Shown here: positions 8,348 to 16,136 of the stretch, piece by piece | How the letters are laid out: the number at the start of each line of letters is the position of its first letter | Numbering within the stretch: position 1 is the stretch's first letter | Assembly (NCBI GenBank): GCA_018396405.1 | Contig: JAGTQD010000001.1 | Coordinates: 5,549 to 69,548, forward strand | Source of the DNA: Candidatus Bathyarchaeota archaeon | GTDB taxonomy: Archaea; Thermoproteota; Bathyarchaeia; Bathyarchaeales; DTEX01 | DNA: 64,000 nucleotides | Direction: 5' to 3' | Translations under genes and position numbers: made by a program | The notes under the pieces: model-generated | What the model was told of the DNA's origin: nothing | The model's database searches: none | What the model saw: only the letters and a program-made list of their open reading frames with translations

Positions 8348-9580
8348 ATGGGCTGCTGTGAACCTTTTCGTCTTGTATGCATAAATTGTGGATCAAGATA
8401 TTTGCCAAGCGAAATTATCTATATGTGCCGTAGATGCGGGGATCTGCTCTCGGTGGAATATAATGTAGATCTAATGAGACCCGAGATTGCCTCAAATTGG
8501 GTGGGAAGGGCACTATCGGTTTGGCGTTATGCTGAGCTACTGCCAATAGTTGACAGAAATAAAATCGTGAGTTTAGGCGAAGGGGGAACATCCCTAAATA
8601 AATGTGATAGACTTGGGGGGTATCTCGGGCTAAAAGAGGTCTACGTTAAGAATGAGGGTGAGAACCCGACTGGCAGCTTTAAGGACAGGGGTATGACCGT
8701 GGGCGTGACAAAAGCCCTTGAGATGAGCATGAAGCGCGTTGCATGCGCCTCGACTGGCAATACATCAGCCTCCTTAGCAGCCTATGCGGCCAAGGCTGGC
8801 TTAGAATGCATCGTTCTTATACCCTCCGGTAAAGTGGCCCTTGGAAAACTTGTTCAGGCAATAATTTATGGTGCAAGGGTTATCCAAGTTAAAGGAAACT
8901 TTGATGACGCTTTAAGAATAGTTGAGGAGCTATGCATGACTCAGCCAATCTATCTGCTCAATTCAATAAACCCGTATAGGCTTGAGGGGCAGAAAACAAT
9001 AGCCTTCGAGATATGGGACCAGCTTGGCGGCAAGGTTCCAGATAAAGTTATTGTCCCTGTGGGGAATGCTGGAAATATAAGTGCCATATGGAAGGGGTTC
9101 AGGGAACTATATTTAATGGGATTAATCAATAGGCTGCCCAGAATGATTGGAATACAGGCTGAGGGGGCTGCGCCGATAGCTAACATGATAAAGATGGGGT
9201 CGAGTGAGATCAAGTTTGTGGAAAAGCCAGAAACAATCGCAACCGCCATAAGGATTGGCTCGCCAGTAAATTGGAAGAAGGCTGTTAAGGCTATTAGGGA
9301 GTCAGGCGGGCTGGCTGAAACCGTATCTGATGAAGAAATATTGTCTGCCCAAAAGCTCCTAGCTAGGCTTGAGGGAATATTTGTTGAGCCCGCGAGCGCC
9401 GCGTCGATAGCTGGATTAATTAAGCTATCGAAAAATGGGCTTGTCGAGAAGGATGAACTTGTTGTCTGCGTAGCTACTGGACATGGGCTGAAGGATCCGG
9501 ATATAATTTTAAGGCAATTCCCAAAGCCGATCGAGATAGAGGTTGATGTAAACACATTAATAAAAATCTTGTCGGTCTAA
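8348..9580 (+). CDS. thrC: threonine synthase
   Basis: N-terminal CxxC..CxxC ribbon. The PLP lysine motif NPTGSFKDRG is intact, as are the phosphate loop VGNAGN and TGHGLKD. Confidence 0.9.
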   Translation: MGCCEPFRLVCINCGSRYLPSEIIYMCRRCGDLLSVEYNVDLMRPEIASNWVGRALSVWRYAELLPIVDRNKIVSLGEGGTSLNKCDRLGGYLGLKEVYVKNEGENPTGSFKDRGMTVGVTKALEMSMKRVACASTGNTSASLAAYAAKAGLECIVLIPSGKVALGKLVQAIIYGARVIQVKGNFDDALRIVEELCMTQPIYLLNSINPYRLEGQKTIAFEIWDQLGGKVPDKVIVPVGNAGNISAIWKGFRELYLMGLINRLPRMIGIQAEGAAPIANMIKMGSSEIKFVEKPETIATAIRIGSPVNWKKAVKAIRESGGLAETVSDEEILSAQKLLARLEGIFVEPASAASIAGLIKLSKNGLVEKDELVVCVATGHGLKDPDIILRQFPKPIEIEVDVNTLIKILSV

Positions 9581-9591
9581 ATGGATATATC

Positions 9592-10254
9592 CTAGGACAA
9601 ATTGACGCTCTTTAACAGTTTATTTATTTTCACTATAAATCTTGGATACGAGACTTTATATCCTTCCGCTATGGTTATGCGCCAAAGATCCTTCTTTGAC
9701 AGCCCCTGATACTTTTTAATCAATTTCACTAAAAATTCATCTGGAAGAGCAGGCGGTCTACCAACATGCTTTCCCCTCTGCCGGGCTCTTTCCATTCCAG
9801 CCTTAATCTTATCCTTTAAGCTCTCAACATACTTTTGATACCCGTAGGCTAAGGCCCTAACAACGATATCAAATATCAGTCTTCTAAGGGCTTCGTCTGG
9901 TATGGCTGCAAGAAACTGGAGCCACTCTTCCTGATAGGCTACTACTTGTATACCATAAGCCCTTAAATCCTCAAGAGCCTTAACGAGGTAATCATATTTA
10001 CGCGCTATCCTATCTAAGCTGAAGACCAGCAATGCCGCACCATGCTTCCTCGCTGTTTCAACAGCCTTAACCCAACCCTCCCTTCTCTCAGGCATAATCT
10101 CATAGCCGCTAACGCCCACGTCTACAAACTCTCCGAGAACATCAATTCCTCTACCCTTAGCATACTCCCTCAGAATGAGCAGCTGATTCTCAACAGTTCG
10201 ATCCTCAGTAGATATCCTCGCGTAGATAACTGCCTTAAGCATATTATGACACAC
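9592..10254 (-). CDS. small serine recombinase (resolvase/invertase family)
   Basis: N-terminal AVIYARISTEDR, carrying the catalytic Ser motif. C-terminal GRPPALPDEF..LSKKDLWRI resembles a resolvase HTH. The likely start is the ATG at 10242. Confidence 0.85.
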   Translation of the reverse strand: MCHNMLKAVIYARISTEDRTVENQLLILREYAKGRGIDVLGEFVDVGVSGYEIMPERREGWVKAVETARKHGAALLVFSLDRIARKYDYLVKALEDLRAYGIQVVAYQEEWLQFLAAIPDEALRRLIFDIVVRALAYGYQKYVESLKDKIKAGMERARQRGKHVGRPPALPDEFLVKLIKKYQGLSKKDLWRITIAEGYKVSYPRFIVKINKLLKSVNLS

Positions 10255-10280
10255 TCCTAATTAAAGAAAATTGCATACCA

Positions 10281-10347
10281 TTTCGTAAATATCTTGTTAA
10301 CATAATCATTGGTTTCGTAACCGTTACTGAAAGGCGCCCTTTCGTAA
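10281..10347. repeat. three direct TTTCGTAA repeats upstream of the recombinase gene
   Basis: Copies lie at 10281-10288, 10313-10320 and 10340-10347. The middle copy sits inside the near-palindrome TTTCGTAACCGTTACTGAAA (10313-10332). AATCATT occurs twice, at 10304-10310 and 10350-10356. Confidence 0.6.
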
Positions 10348-10457
10348 ACAATCATTATAATATCCATTGATAATAAATGCCTGGGATAAGTTTCCCCTAG
10401 GAAATAGTAAAGTTTTAATGTTTGGTGAGGGCTTAAGAAGACTTTAGGTGGGGGCTT

Positions 10458-11033
10458 ATGTCCTTTGTTGAGAAGACAATAGTTTATTTTGATAAGCCGG
10501 GTTCAGAAAACACGGATACAGTTCTTGCCTTAGCTAAAAAGAGAGCTGATGAACTCGGGATTAAGGATATCGTTGTCGCGTCTACAATGGGTTATACTGG
10601 TGTTAAGGCATCAGAAATATTTAAGGGATATAATCTTGTCGTCGTAACCCACTGTGCGGGCTTTAAGGAGCCGGGCCATCAGGAGTTTCTTGAAGAGAAT
10701 AGGAGGAGAATACTTGAGAATGGCGGAAAGATCTATACTGGGACACATATTTTCATGGGAGTTGAGAGGGCGATAAGAAACAAGTTTAATACCGCTTATC
10801 CAGCTGAGATAATGGCTCAGACTCTGAGGCTGTTTGGCGAGGGCATGAAGGTTGCTGTCGAGATAACCGCTATGGCAGCTGACGCTGGGCTCATACCACA
10901 CGATAGGGACGTTATAAGCATAGCTGGAACAGCTAGGGGCGCCGACACAGCAATAGTTGTTAGACCAGCAAACTCTGCAAGAATATTCGATATGGTTATC
11001 AAAGAGATAATAGCTAAGCCCAGATCCAGATAG
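10458..11033 (+). CDS. pyruvate kinase C-terminal (alpha/beta) domain-like protein
   Basis: 191 aa, VVASTMGYTGVKA..VVVTHCAGF pattern. GGTGG Shine-Dalgarno-like element upstream. The family call is from memory. Confidence 0.5.
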   Translation: MSFVEKTIVYFDKPGSENTDTVLALAKKRADELGIKDIVVASTMGYTGVKASEIFKGYNLVVVTHCAGFKEPGHQEFLEENRRRILENGGKIYTGTHIFMGVERAIRNKFNTAYPAEIMAQTLRLFGEGMKVAVEITAMAADAGLIPHDRDVISIAGTARGADTAIVVRPANSARIFDMVIKEIIAKPRSR

Positions 11034-11178
11034 ACACGTAAACTACTTAAGTAAGCATTAGCATAAACAATTCATGGTGACCTGCCAACTGCTGAAGCAT
11101 GATGAATGGCACGAGCTGTTGAGGGGCTGTGCCCCAATGAGAGGCGGCGCAACTTATCAGAGTTCTGACAAGAGCCCC

Positions 11179-12300
11179 TTAAACTAAATGGTCTAAGACT
11201 ACCCTTCGATAGGTTGCCGCAGATATAATATATTTTAACCTTTCATCATCCCCTTTCCCCCTTAAAGTCACCTTAATCACATTTTCTGCTACATTAACAT
11301 CCCTATAGCGTACATTGAGATACTCAAAAAGATCCTTAATATCATTATTTTCAACCAGTTCCAATCTTCCATTTATGTTGCATGGGCCCATATTGCAGAT
11401 TGAGCAGCGCCTTCCATGCGCATAAACATTCGCCTCACAGGCAGCCCTAAAGACGGAGAAACCTAGATCCTCAGCAATCCTCTTAATTCTCCTCTTCAAA
11501 TCCGCTGATCTAACTTCAATTTGTCTTGAGCCACTTAATGGTTTAGCTAGCCTCCTTTTAATCTCCTCTATGTTAACGCCGCAGCGCCCAAGATTTCTCA
11601 GAATTCTCTCAGTAACCCTCAAGGATCCAAGGACGGCTGACTTGATACCGCTATCGGCTGCAAGCCTAAGTATCTTTTCCGCCTCCACATCCGTTATTCC
11701 ATGAATTATCGGTCTCATGAAGAGCGAAACTTTAAAACCCCTTCTCGACGCTTCTCCAGCAGACCTTATCCTCTCGGCTGGATCTGGAGCCCTCGGCTCA
11801 ATTCTTCTATCCGATAGGGTCACAGCCGTTACTAATATGCTCGTCTTCGGATCTCCAGCTGCGATCCCCCTTAAAATCTCCTCTTCCAGAATGGCTTTTG
11901 TTGAGACCTGCGCTGGGAGCCCAAGCCATCTATATATATCCCTCATGTAGACGAGCGCACGCCCAGTCGTTTCCGGCAGAAAGGGCTCCGTCACCGAACC
12001 ATACGCCGCCAGCGTCCTCTCCGGGATAATATATGGGTTTAGTGTAAGCGCGTAGACGATCTCCTCTGGCTTAAGTGGGTATGGCTTGGGTCTCGCCGCG
12101 AAGCCCATGTCGTAAATGTAGCAGTATGTGCAGATGTAGCTGCAGCCGACTCCAGTATGTATAGTCATGCCGCATGGCCTAGGCTTCCTCCTAGAATGAT
12201 GATCTCCCTCTGCTTTAGCCTTGGATTCAGGGCTAAGCATATTTCTAAACTCGTCTGAAACTTTCTTCTTAAACTCAAAAAGATGGGTAAGACGAGACAA
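11179..12300 (-). CDS. radical SAM protein (SplB/DNA-photolyase-like, COG1533-type)
   Basis: CSYICTYCY, a CxxxCxxC motif, near the N-terminus. 373 aa. Confidence 0.7.
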   Translation of the reverse strand: MSRLTHLFEFKKKVSDEFRNMLSPESKAKAEGDHHSRRKPRPCGMTIHTGVGCSYICTYCYIYDMGFAARPKPYPLKPEEIVYALTLNPYIIPERTLAAYGSVTEPFLPETTGRALVYMRDIYRWLGLPAQVSTKAILEEEILRGIAAGDPKTSILVTAVTLSDRRIEPRAPDPAERIRSAGEASRRGFKVSLFMRPIIHGITDVEAEKILRLAADSGIKSAVLGSLRVTERILRNLGRCGVNIEEIKRRLAKPLSGSRQIEVRSADLKRRIKRIAEDLGFSVFRAACEANVYAHGRRCSICNMGPCNINGRLELVENNDIKDLFEYLNVRYRDVNVAENVIKVTLRGKGDDERLKYIISAATYRRVVLDHLV

Positions 12301-12422
12301 ATAATTGCTTCTCCCTTAAAATTTAATTGAGTCTTTGATAAAAAATATATTGCCACAACGTGAAATAGATTCTCCCACCCATAAAACCTGAAATTGTTGT
12401 TGGAGATACCTCATGAAGACCA

Positions 12423-12878
12423 TTAAGGTGGGATATGCAGTAATGGTATGTATTTTCTAGGTAACACCTTTGAGGGCTCAGGTAACTGGGCTTCTATATC
12501 CTTGGGTAACCTTCCGATGTAGTATGCTCTTGGTTTATCTGTTTCAGAGGGAAGGGGCCTAGCCTCTCCCCTTGCCATAATCTTCCCAGCTGGGTCTGCT
12601 GGGTCGTCTAAGTCACCGTAAACTCTAGCCATGGATGGGCAATTCCTAACGCATGGCGGTGGTTGCTGGCCCAAAATGCATACCGGATCCCTTACCTGCA
12701 CGCAGACATAGGGAATCCATATCACCCTTTTCTCCACATGTGAATTAAATTCTAAAACTGTGTTCCAGCAATCCTCATTTTTCTCATATGTCCATACCCT
12801 ACATGCCAATGTGCATGTGTGACAACCCACGCATCTGTCTAGGTTTATAATGAAGCCATATCTAGCCACATGGCTCAC
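12423..12878 (-). CDS. 4Fe-4S ferredoxin-type electron-transfer subunit of the Mo/W oxidoreductase
   Basis: LDRCVGCHTCTLAC is a first cluster motif, with a later ...CVRNCP. It is short at 151 aa and lies immediately downstream of the catalytic subunit. Confidence 0.75.
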   Translation of the reverse strand: MSHVARYGFIINLDRCVGCHTCTLACRVWTYEKNEDCWNTVLEFNSHVEKRVIWIPYVCVQVRDPVCILGQQPPPCVRNCPSMARVYGDLDDPADPAGKIMARGEARPLPSETDKPRAYYIGRLPKDIEAQLPEPSKVLPRKYIPLLHIPP

Positions 12879-12879
12879 C

Positions 12880-15105
12880 TCACGCCTTGTATACCTCGCA
12901 TAGTACCGCTTTATATGTGGGGAAGCCTGAGATTGGGTCGAAGACTCTAGGAATAAGCAGATTGACGTGAGCCTCTGGGATCATAGCCCAGCCGTGTGAG
13001 ACATCAACAACCCCTGGGGGTACAAGGTATGTGATGTGCGCATGCACCCTTATTTTACCATGAGCATTCTCAACCATAACGAGATCCCCCTCCCTAATGC
13101 CCCTCTTTTCAGCATCCTCTGGGTTTATGTTAACTACTGGGTAAGGCATGAGATCCCTAAGCCACGAGAGCTCCCTCCACTTACTATGCGTGTACATAGG
13201 CACCCTAGATCCGGTGATCAATATAAGAGGATATCTCTGAGCTAAATCGGGCTTACTTCTCGGCGACTCCTCTGGCTCTTTATAGACGGGGAGTGGATCA
13301 TAACCATATTTTTCTAAGATTGTCGACCAAATTTCAACTTTGCCAGTTGGTGTTGGGAATCCTGGTTTTCCATCCTTTCGCAATAACCCTTTCTCATACT
13401 TTTTGTATTCTTCAGGGCCCGGCGGCGGTATAACTTTGCCATCTGGTATTGGGATTTCATCTATTGTTACGCCTGCCTTTTGTAGAATAAAGTCAAGTCC
13501 TTTTTTAGTATCTCCTCCCCAAAACTCCTCCACATAACCTAATCGAACAGCTAAGTCAAATACTATTTGCCAATCAGTTTTCGCTTCTAGGTAGGGCTTT
13601 ACAACGGGTTTTCTTACATAAATTTTCCTTCCAAACCAGATAAATGGTTCAAATCTTTCATAGTTGGTTGCAGCAGGCAATACTATATCAACATAATTAT
13701 GTGTCCAAGGCCTGTAGAAATAATCAACTGCCACCACAAACTCCATGTTTTTTAAGGCCTCTTGATATTCTTGGAACTGAGGCCATATCGTTACGTTTGC
13801 GCCGAACAAGATAGCCATTTTAATCTTTCCTTCTCTCACATACTCTGGGAGAAGATTCACTTGTATCTGTTCATGCACAATCTCTGCCCAAACTGGAAAG
13901 TAGTCTTTATCAACCCTCTTATTTTTCATTTCAATCTTCTTCTTTTCCATGATAAAATCTGGGTCACCCATATCGTGTGATCTGAAGGGTAGAGGATACG
14001 TGGGTACAGTAACGCCGCCTGGGATATCAAAGTTTCCAGTTAATGCTACCAATGTTAATATTGCTCGGACAGTTTGCACCGCATTAGTTGTATGCGTTAG
14101 CGTTGAAACTCCGGCCATCAAAGTGCCCGGCTTATTAGTGGCAAAGAGTTCGGCAGCAGCAACTATTTTATCAGATGGAACCCATGTTATTTCTTCTACT
14201 TTTTCCGGTGTAAATCCCTTCACATACTCTTCTAGAGCTTCAAAACCGTAGGTCCAGTTCTCCACAAATTCTTTATCATAAAGTTTTCTTTCGATTATCA
14301 CATTCATCATTCCTAAAGCCAGAGCGTCATCGGTTCCTGGACGGGGTTGAAGATGAAGGTCCGCTAGCTTATCAGCTACTGGAGTCCTACGAGTATCTAT
14401 AACTATAAACATTGCTCCTTTCTCCTTAGCGTCAAAAAGTTTCGGCATATCGAAGGGTCTTGACCAAGCTGGATTTGTCCCCCATATCAGAACGGTCTTC
14501 GTATCTCTAGTTGGCGGATTGCCAAGCACAATTAGACCAAACATCAATTGCGATGCAAGGGCTGCAGCCCTGAAGCATGTTGAGCTCTCTGTCCCAAAGT
14601 TGGGGGAGCCAAAAACGGTCGCCAGACGTGAAACTGCTGGTCTCATCTCCTTTGGGTCTCCACAATAAAATAGAACAGCTTCCGGTCCATACTTTTCTCT
14701 AATTTCTTTCATCTTTGAAACTATTGTATTATAAGCTTCTTCCCAGCTTATCCTGACGAAACGGGGGTCAGGCAAACTTTTTGGGGTAGTTCTTTTTAAT
14801 GGGTAGCCAAGCCTTTGTGGATGATACTGCCTTTGTAGAGTTGCGAAGCCCTTAGAGCATAGGGGCGAATTTGGATAATTTTCCCAGCTATCTAACCTAA
14901 TTATTCGGCCATCCTTTACATAGACCTTTATTCCGCAGTATGGAACCTGGTTACAAGCATCACAAAAAGTATAGCCAATAGACTCTTTAGCACTTTCTAT
15001 TATATCTGAGTGGGCAGATTTAATATGATCTCCTAGAACCATTTTGGTTACGAATTCCTGATCGCAGTATGGGCATAAAAACTTCACGCTCATATCTAGA
15101 TCCAT
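12880..15105 (-). CDS. molybdopterin (Mo/W-bisPGD) oxidoreductase catalytic subunit with an N-terminal C2H2 zinc finger
   Basis: FCDACNQVPYCG...CSKG is an N-terminal FeS motif. The protein has the length and blocks of the DMSOR family and a candidate Cys ligand (ESSTCFRAA). There is no twin-arginine signal. Confidence 0.85.
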   Translation of the reverse strand: MDLDMSVKFLCPYCDQEFVTKMVLGDHIKSAHSDIIESAKESIGYTFCDACNQVPYCGIKVYVKDGRIIRLDSWENYPNSPLCSKGFATLQRQYHPQRLGYPLKRTTPKSLPDPRFVRISWEEAYNTIVSKMKEIREKYGPEAVLFYCGDPKEMRPAVSRLATVFGSPNFGTESSTCFRAAALASQLMFGLIVLGNPPTRDTKTVLIWGTNPAWSRPFDMPKLFDAKEKGAMFIVIDTRRTPVADKLADLHLQPRPGTDDALALGMMNVIIERKLYDKEFVENWTYGFEALEEYVKGFTPEKVEEITWVPSDKIVAAAELFATNKPGTLMAGVSTLTHTTNAVQTVRAILTLVALTGNFDIPGGVTVPTYPLPFRSHDMGDPDFIMEKKKIEMKNKRVDKDYFPVWAEIVHEQIQVNLLPEYVREGKIKMAILFGANVTIWPQFQEYQEALKNMEFVVAVDYFYRPWTHNYVDIVLPAATNYERFEPFIWFGRKIYVRKPVVKPYLEAKTDWQIVFDLAVRLGYVEEFWGGDTKKGLDFILQKAGVTIDEIPIPDGKVIPPPGPEEYKKYEKGLLRKDGKPGFPTPTGKVEIWSTILEKYGYDPLPVYKEPEESPRSKPDLAQRYPLILITGSRVPMYTHSKWRELSWLRDLMPYPVVNINPEDAEKRGIREGDLVMVENAHGKIRVHAHITYLVPPGVVDVSHGWAMIPEAHVNLLIPRVFDPISGFPTYKAVLCEVYKA
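15010..15081 (-). other. C2H2 zinc-finger motif within the oxidoreductase N-terminus
   Basis: FLCPYCDQEFVTKMVLGDHIKSAH matches F-x-C-x2-C-x3-F-x5-L-x2-H-x4-H exactly. I verified it codon by codon. Confidence 0.7.
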
Positions 15106-15360
15106 AAAGGGTTAGGATCTTCATGGATAAAAGATTTTAGTAGTTCTTTGGAAAATTTGGCTTACTGACTTAAGATATTAGCATTTGGGCGTAATTTGTG
15201 TATTACTTTCGCTAACATGTTGTGTATATCGTTCATGAACATTTTTGTTCGGAAAGGATTAAATATGTCCTTATACGTTAATTGTTGTTAATTCGCATAA
15301 GTGCTAGGTTAGTTCGGTGCAGATAAGATTAGGGATAGCTATGGCTGAGGTTGATGCGCT

Positions 15361-16134
15361 ATGCATGATTTCCTCCCTGGAACTTCGAAGGAGAGAGTCC
15401 TGATGGTTTATTTAACAGCTGGGGATCCATGCGTGAACGGGAACATTATAAATATTTTATCTGAGAGTGGGGTTGATGCCTTTGAGTTTGGAATCCCGAT
15501 GGCTAAACCGAAATATGATGGTCTAGTTATCAAGGCGAGCTATAGGAGGGCTTTAGAGAATGGAGCAACCCTCGAGAAAATCTTCCAGTTTATGAGGGAT
15601 CTTAATTTAGACCACAAGATAATCTTCACATATTTTGACTATGCCAAGAATATTGGCATAGAAAAATTTATGAGTTATGTTCAGAATGCTGGTGCCGAGG
15701 GCGTTCTTTTCCCAGATCTTCTAATAGACTATTTAGATGAACTAGACAAATATATTGAGATCTGTAAGCAATGCTCTCTTGAGCCAATATTTTTTATTAC
15801 AAGCTCCTTCCCGCACAATTTAATCATTAAGCTTGCCCGGCTGAAACCAGCGTTCATTTATCTTGGGCTGATGGCCTCTACAGGAACACTTCTACCCATA
15901 ACTATTAGTAGGAATATTAGGATTATAAGGGGTCTCATAGGTGATACCCCCCTACTTGTGGGCTTCGCAATAAGTAAGCCGTCGCAGATAATGGATTGTG
16001 TAAGGGCTGGTGCAGATGGAGTTATTATTGGGAGCGCTATAATCAGATTAATAAGCCAAGAAGAAAGAGGGTCAGCCTTCCGAGAAAATTTGAGGAATTA
16101 CATCATTAGCCTAAAAAGAGCGTTGGAGGCATAG
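15361..16134 (+). CDS. trpA: tryptophan synthase alpha chain
   Basis: YLTAGDP and FEFGIPMAKPKYDG (catalytic Glu and Asp positions retained), plus GFAIS. 257 aa. Confidence 0.85.
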   Translation: MHDFLPGTSKERVLMVYLTAGDPCVNGNIINILSESGVDAFEFGIPMAKPKYDGLVIKASYRRALENGATLEKIFQFMRDLNLDHKIIFTYFDYAKNIGIEKFMSYVQNAGAEGVLFPDLLIDYLDELDKYIEICKQCSLEPIFFITSSFPHNLIIKLARLKPAFIYLGLMASTGTLLPITISRNIRIIRGLIGDTPLLVGFAISKPSQIMDCVRAGADGVIIGSAIIRLISQEERGSAFRENLRNYIISLKRALEA

Positions 16135-16136
16135 TT

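Larger units (their letters stand above)
9580..10368. mobile_element. possible minimal recombinase cassette bounded by the 9-bp inverted repeat AATGGATAT/ATATCCATT
   Basis: The inverted-repeat copies lie at 9580-9588 and 10360-10368 and enclose only the serine recombinase gene and its upstream repeats. The evidence is weak because the repeat is short. Confidence 0.25.

Noticed and set aside
11034-11178. Possible C/D box sRNA or structured RNA between convergent genes. It has ATGATGA (11099-11105), ATGAGA (about 11136-11141), CTGA (11165-11168) and a GGGGC-TGT-GCCCC hairpin (11123-11135).
   Set aside because: The box spacing does not fit archaeal C/D sRNAs. There are about 22 nt between the C'-like box and the D box where about 12 nt are expected. 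There is no clear D' box and no terminal stem complementarity. It may just be a 3' UTR or terminator structure. It would only be worth checking with RNA-seq.
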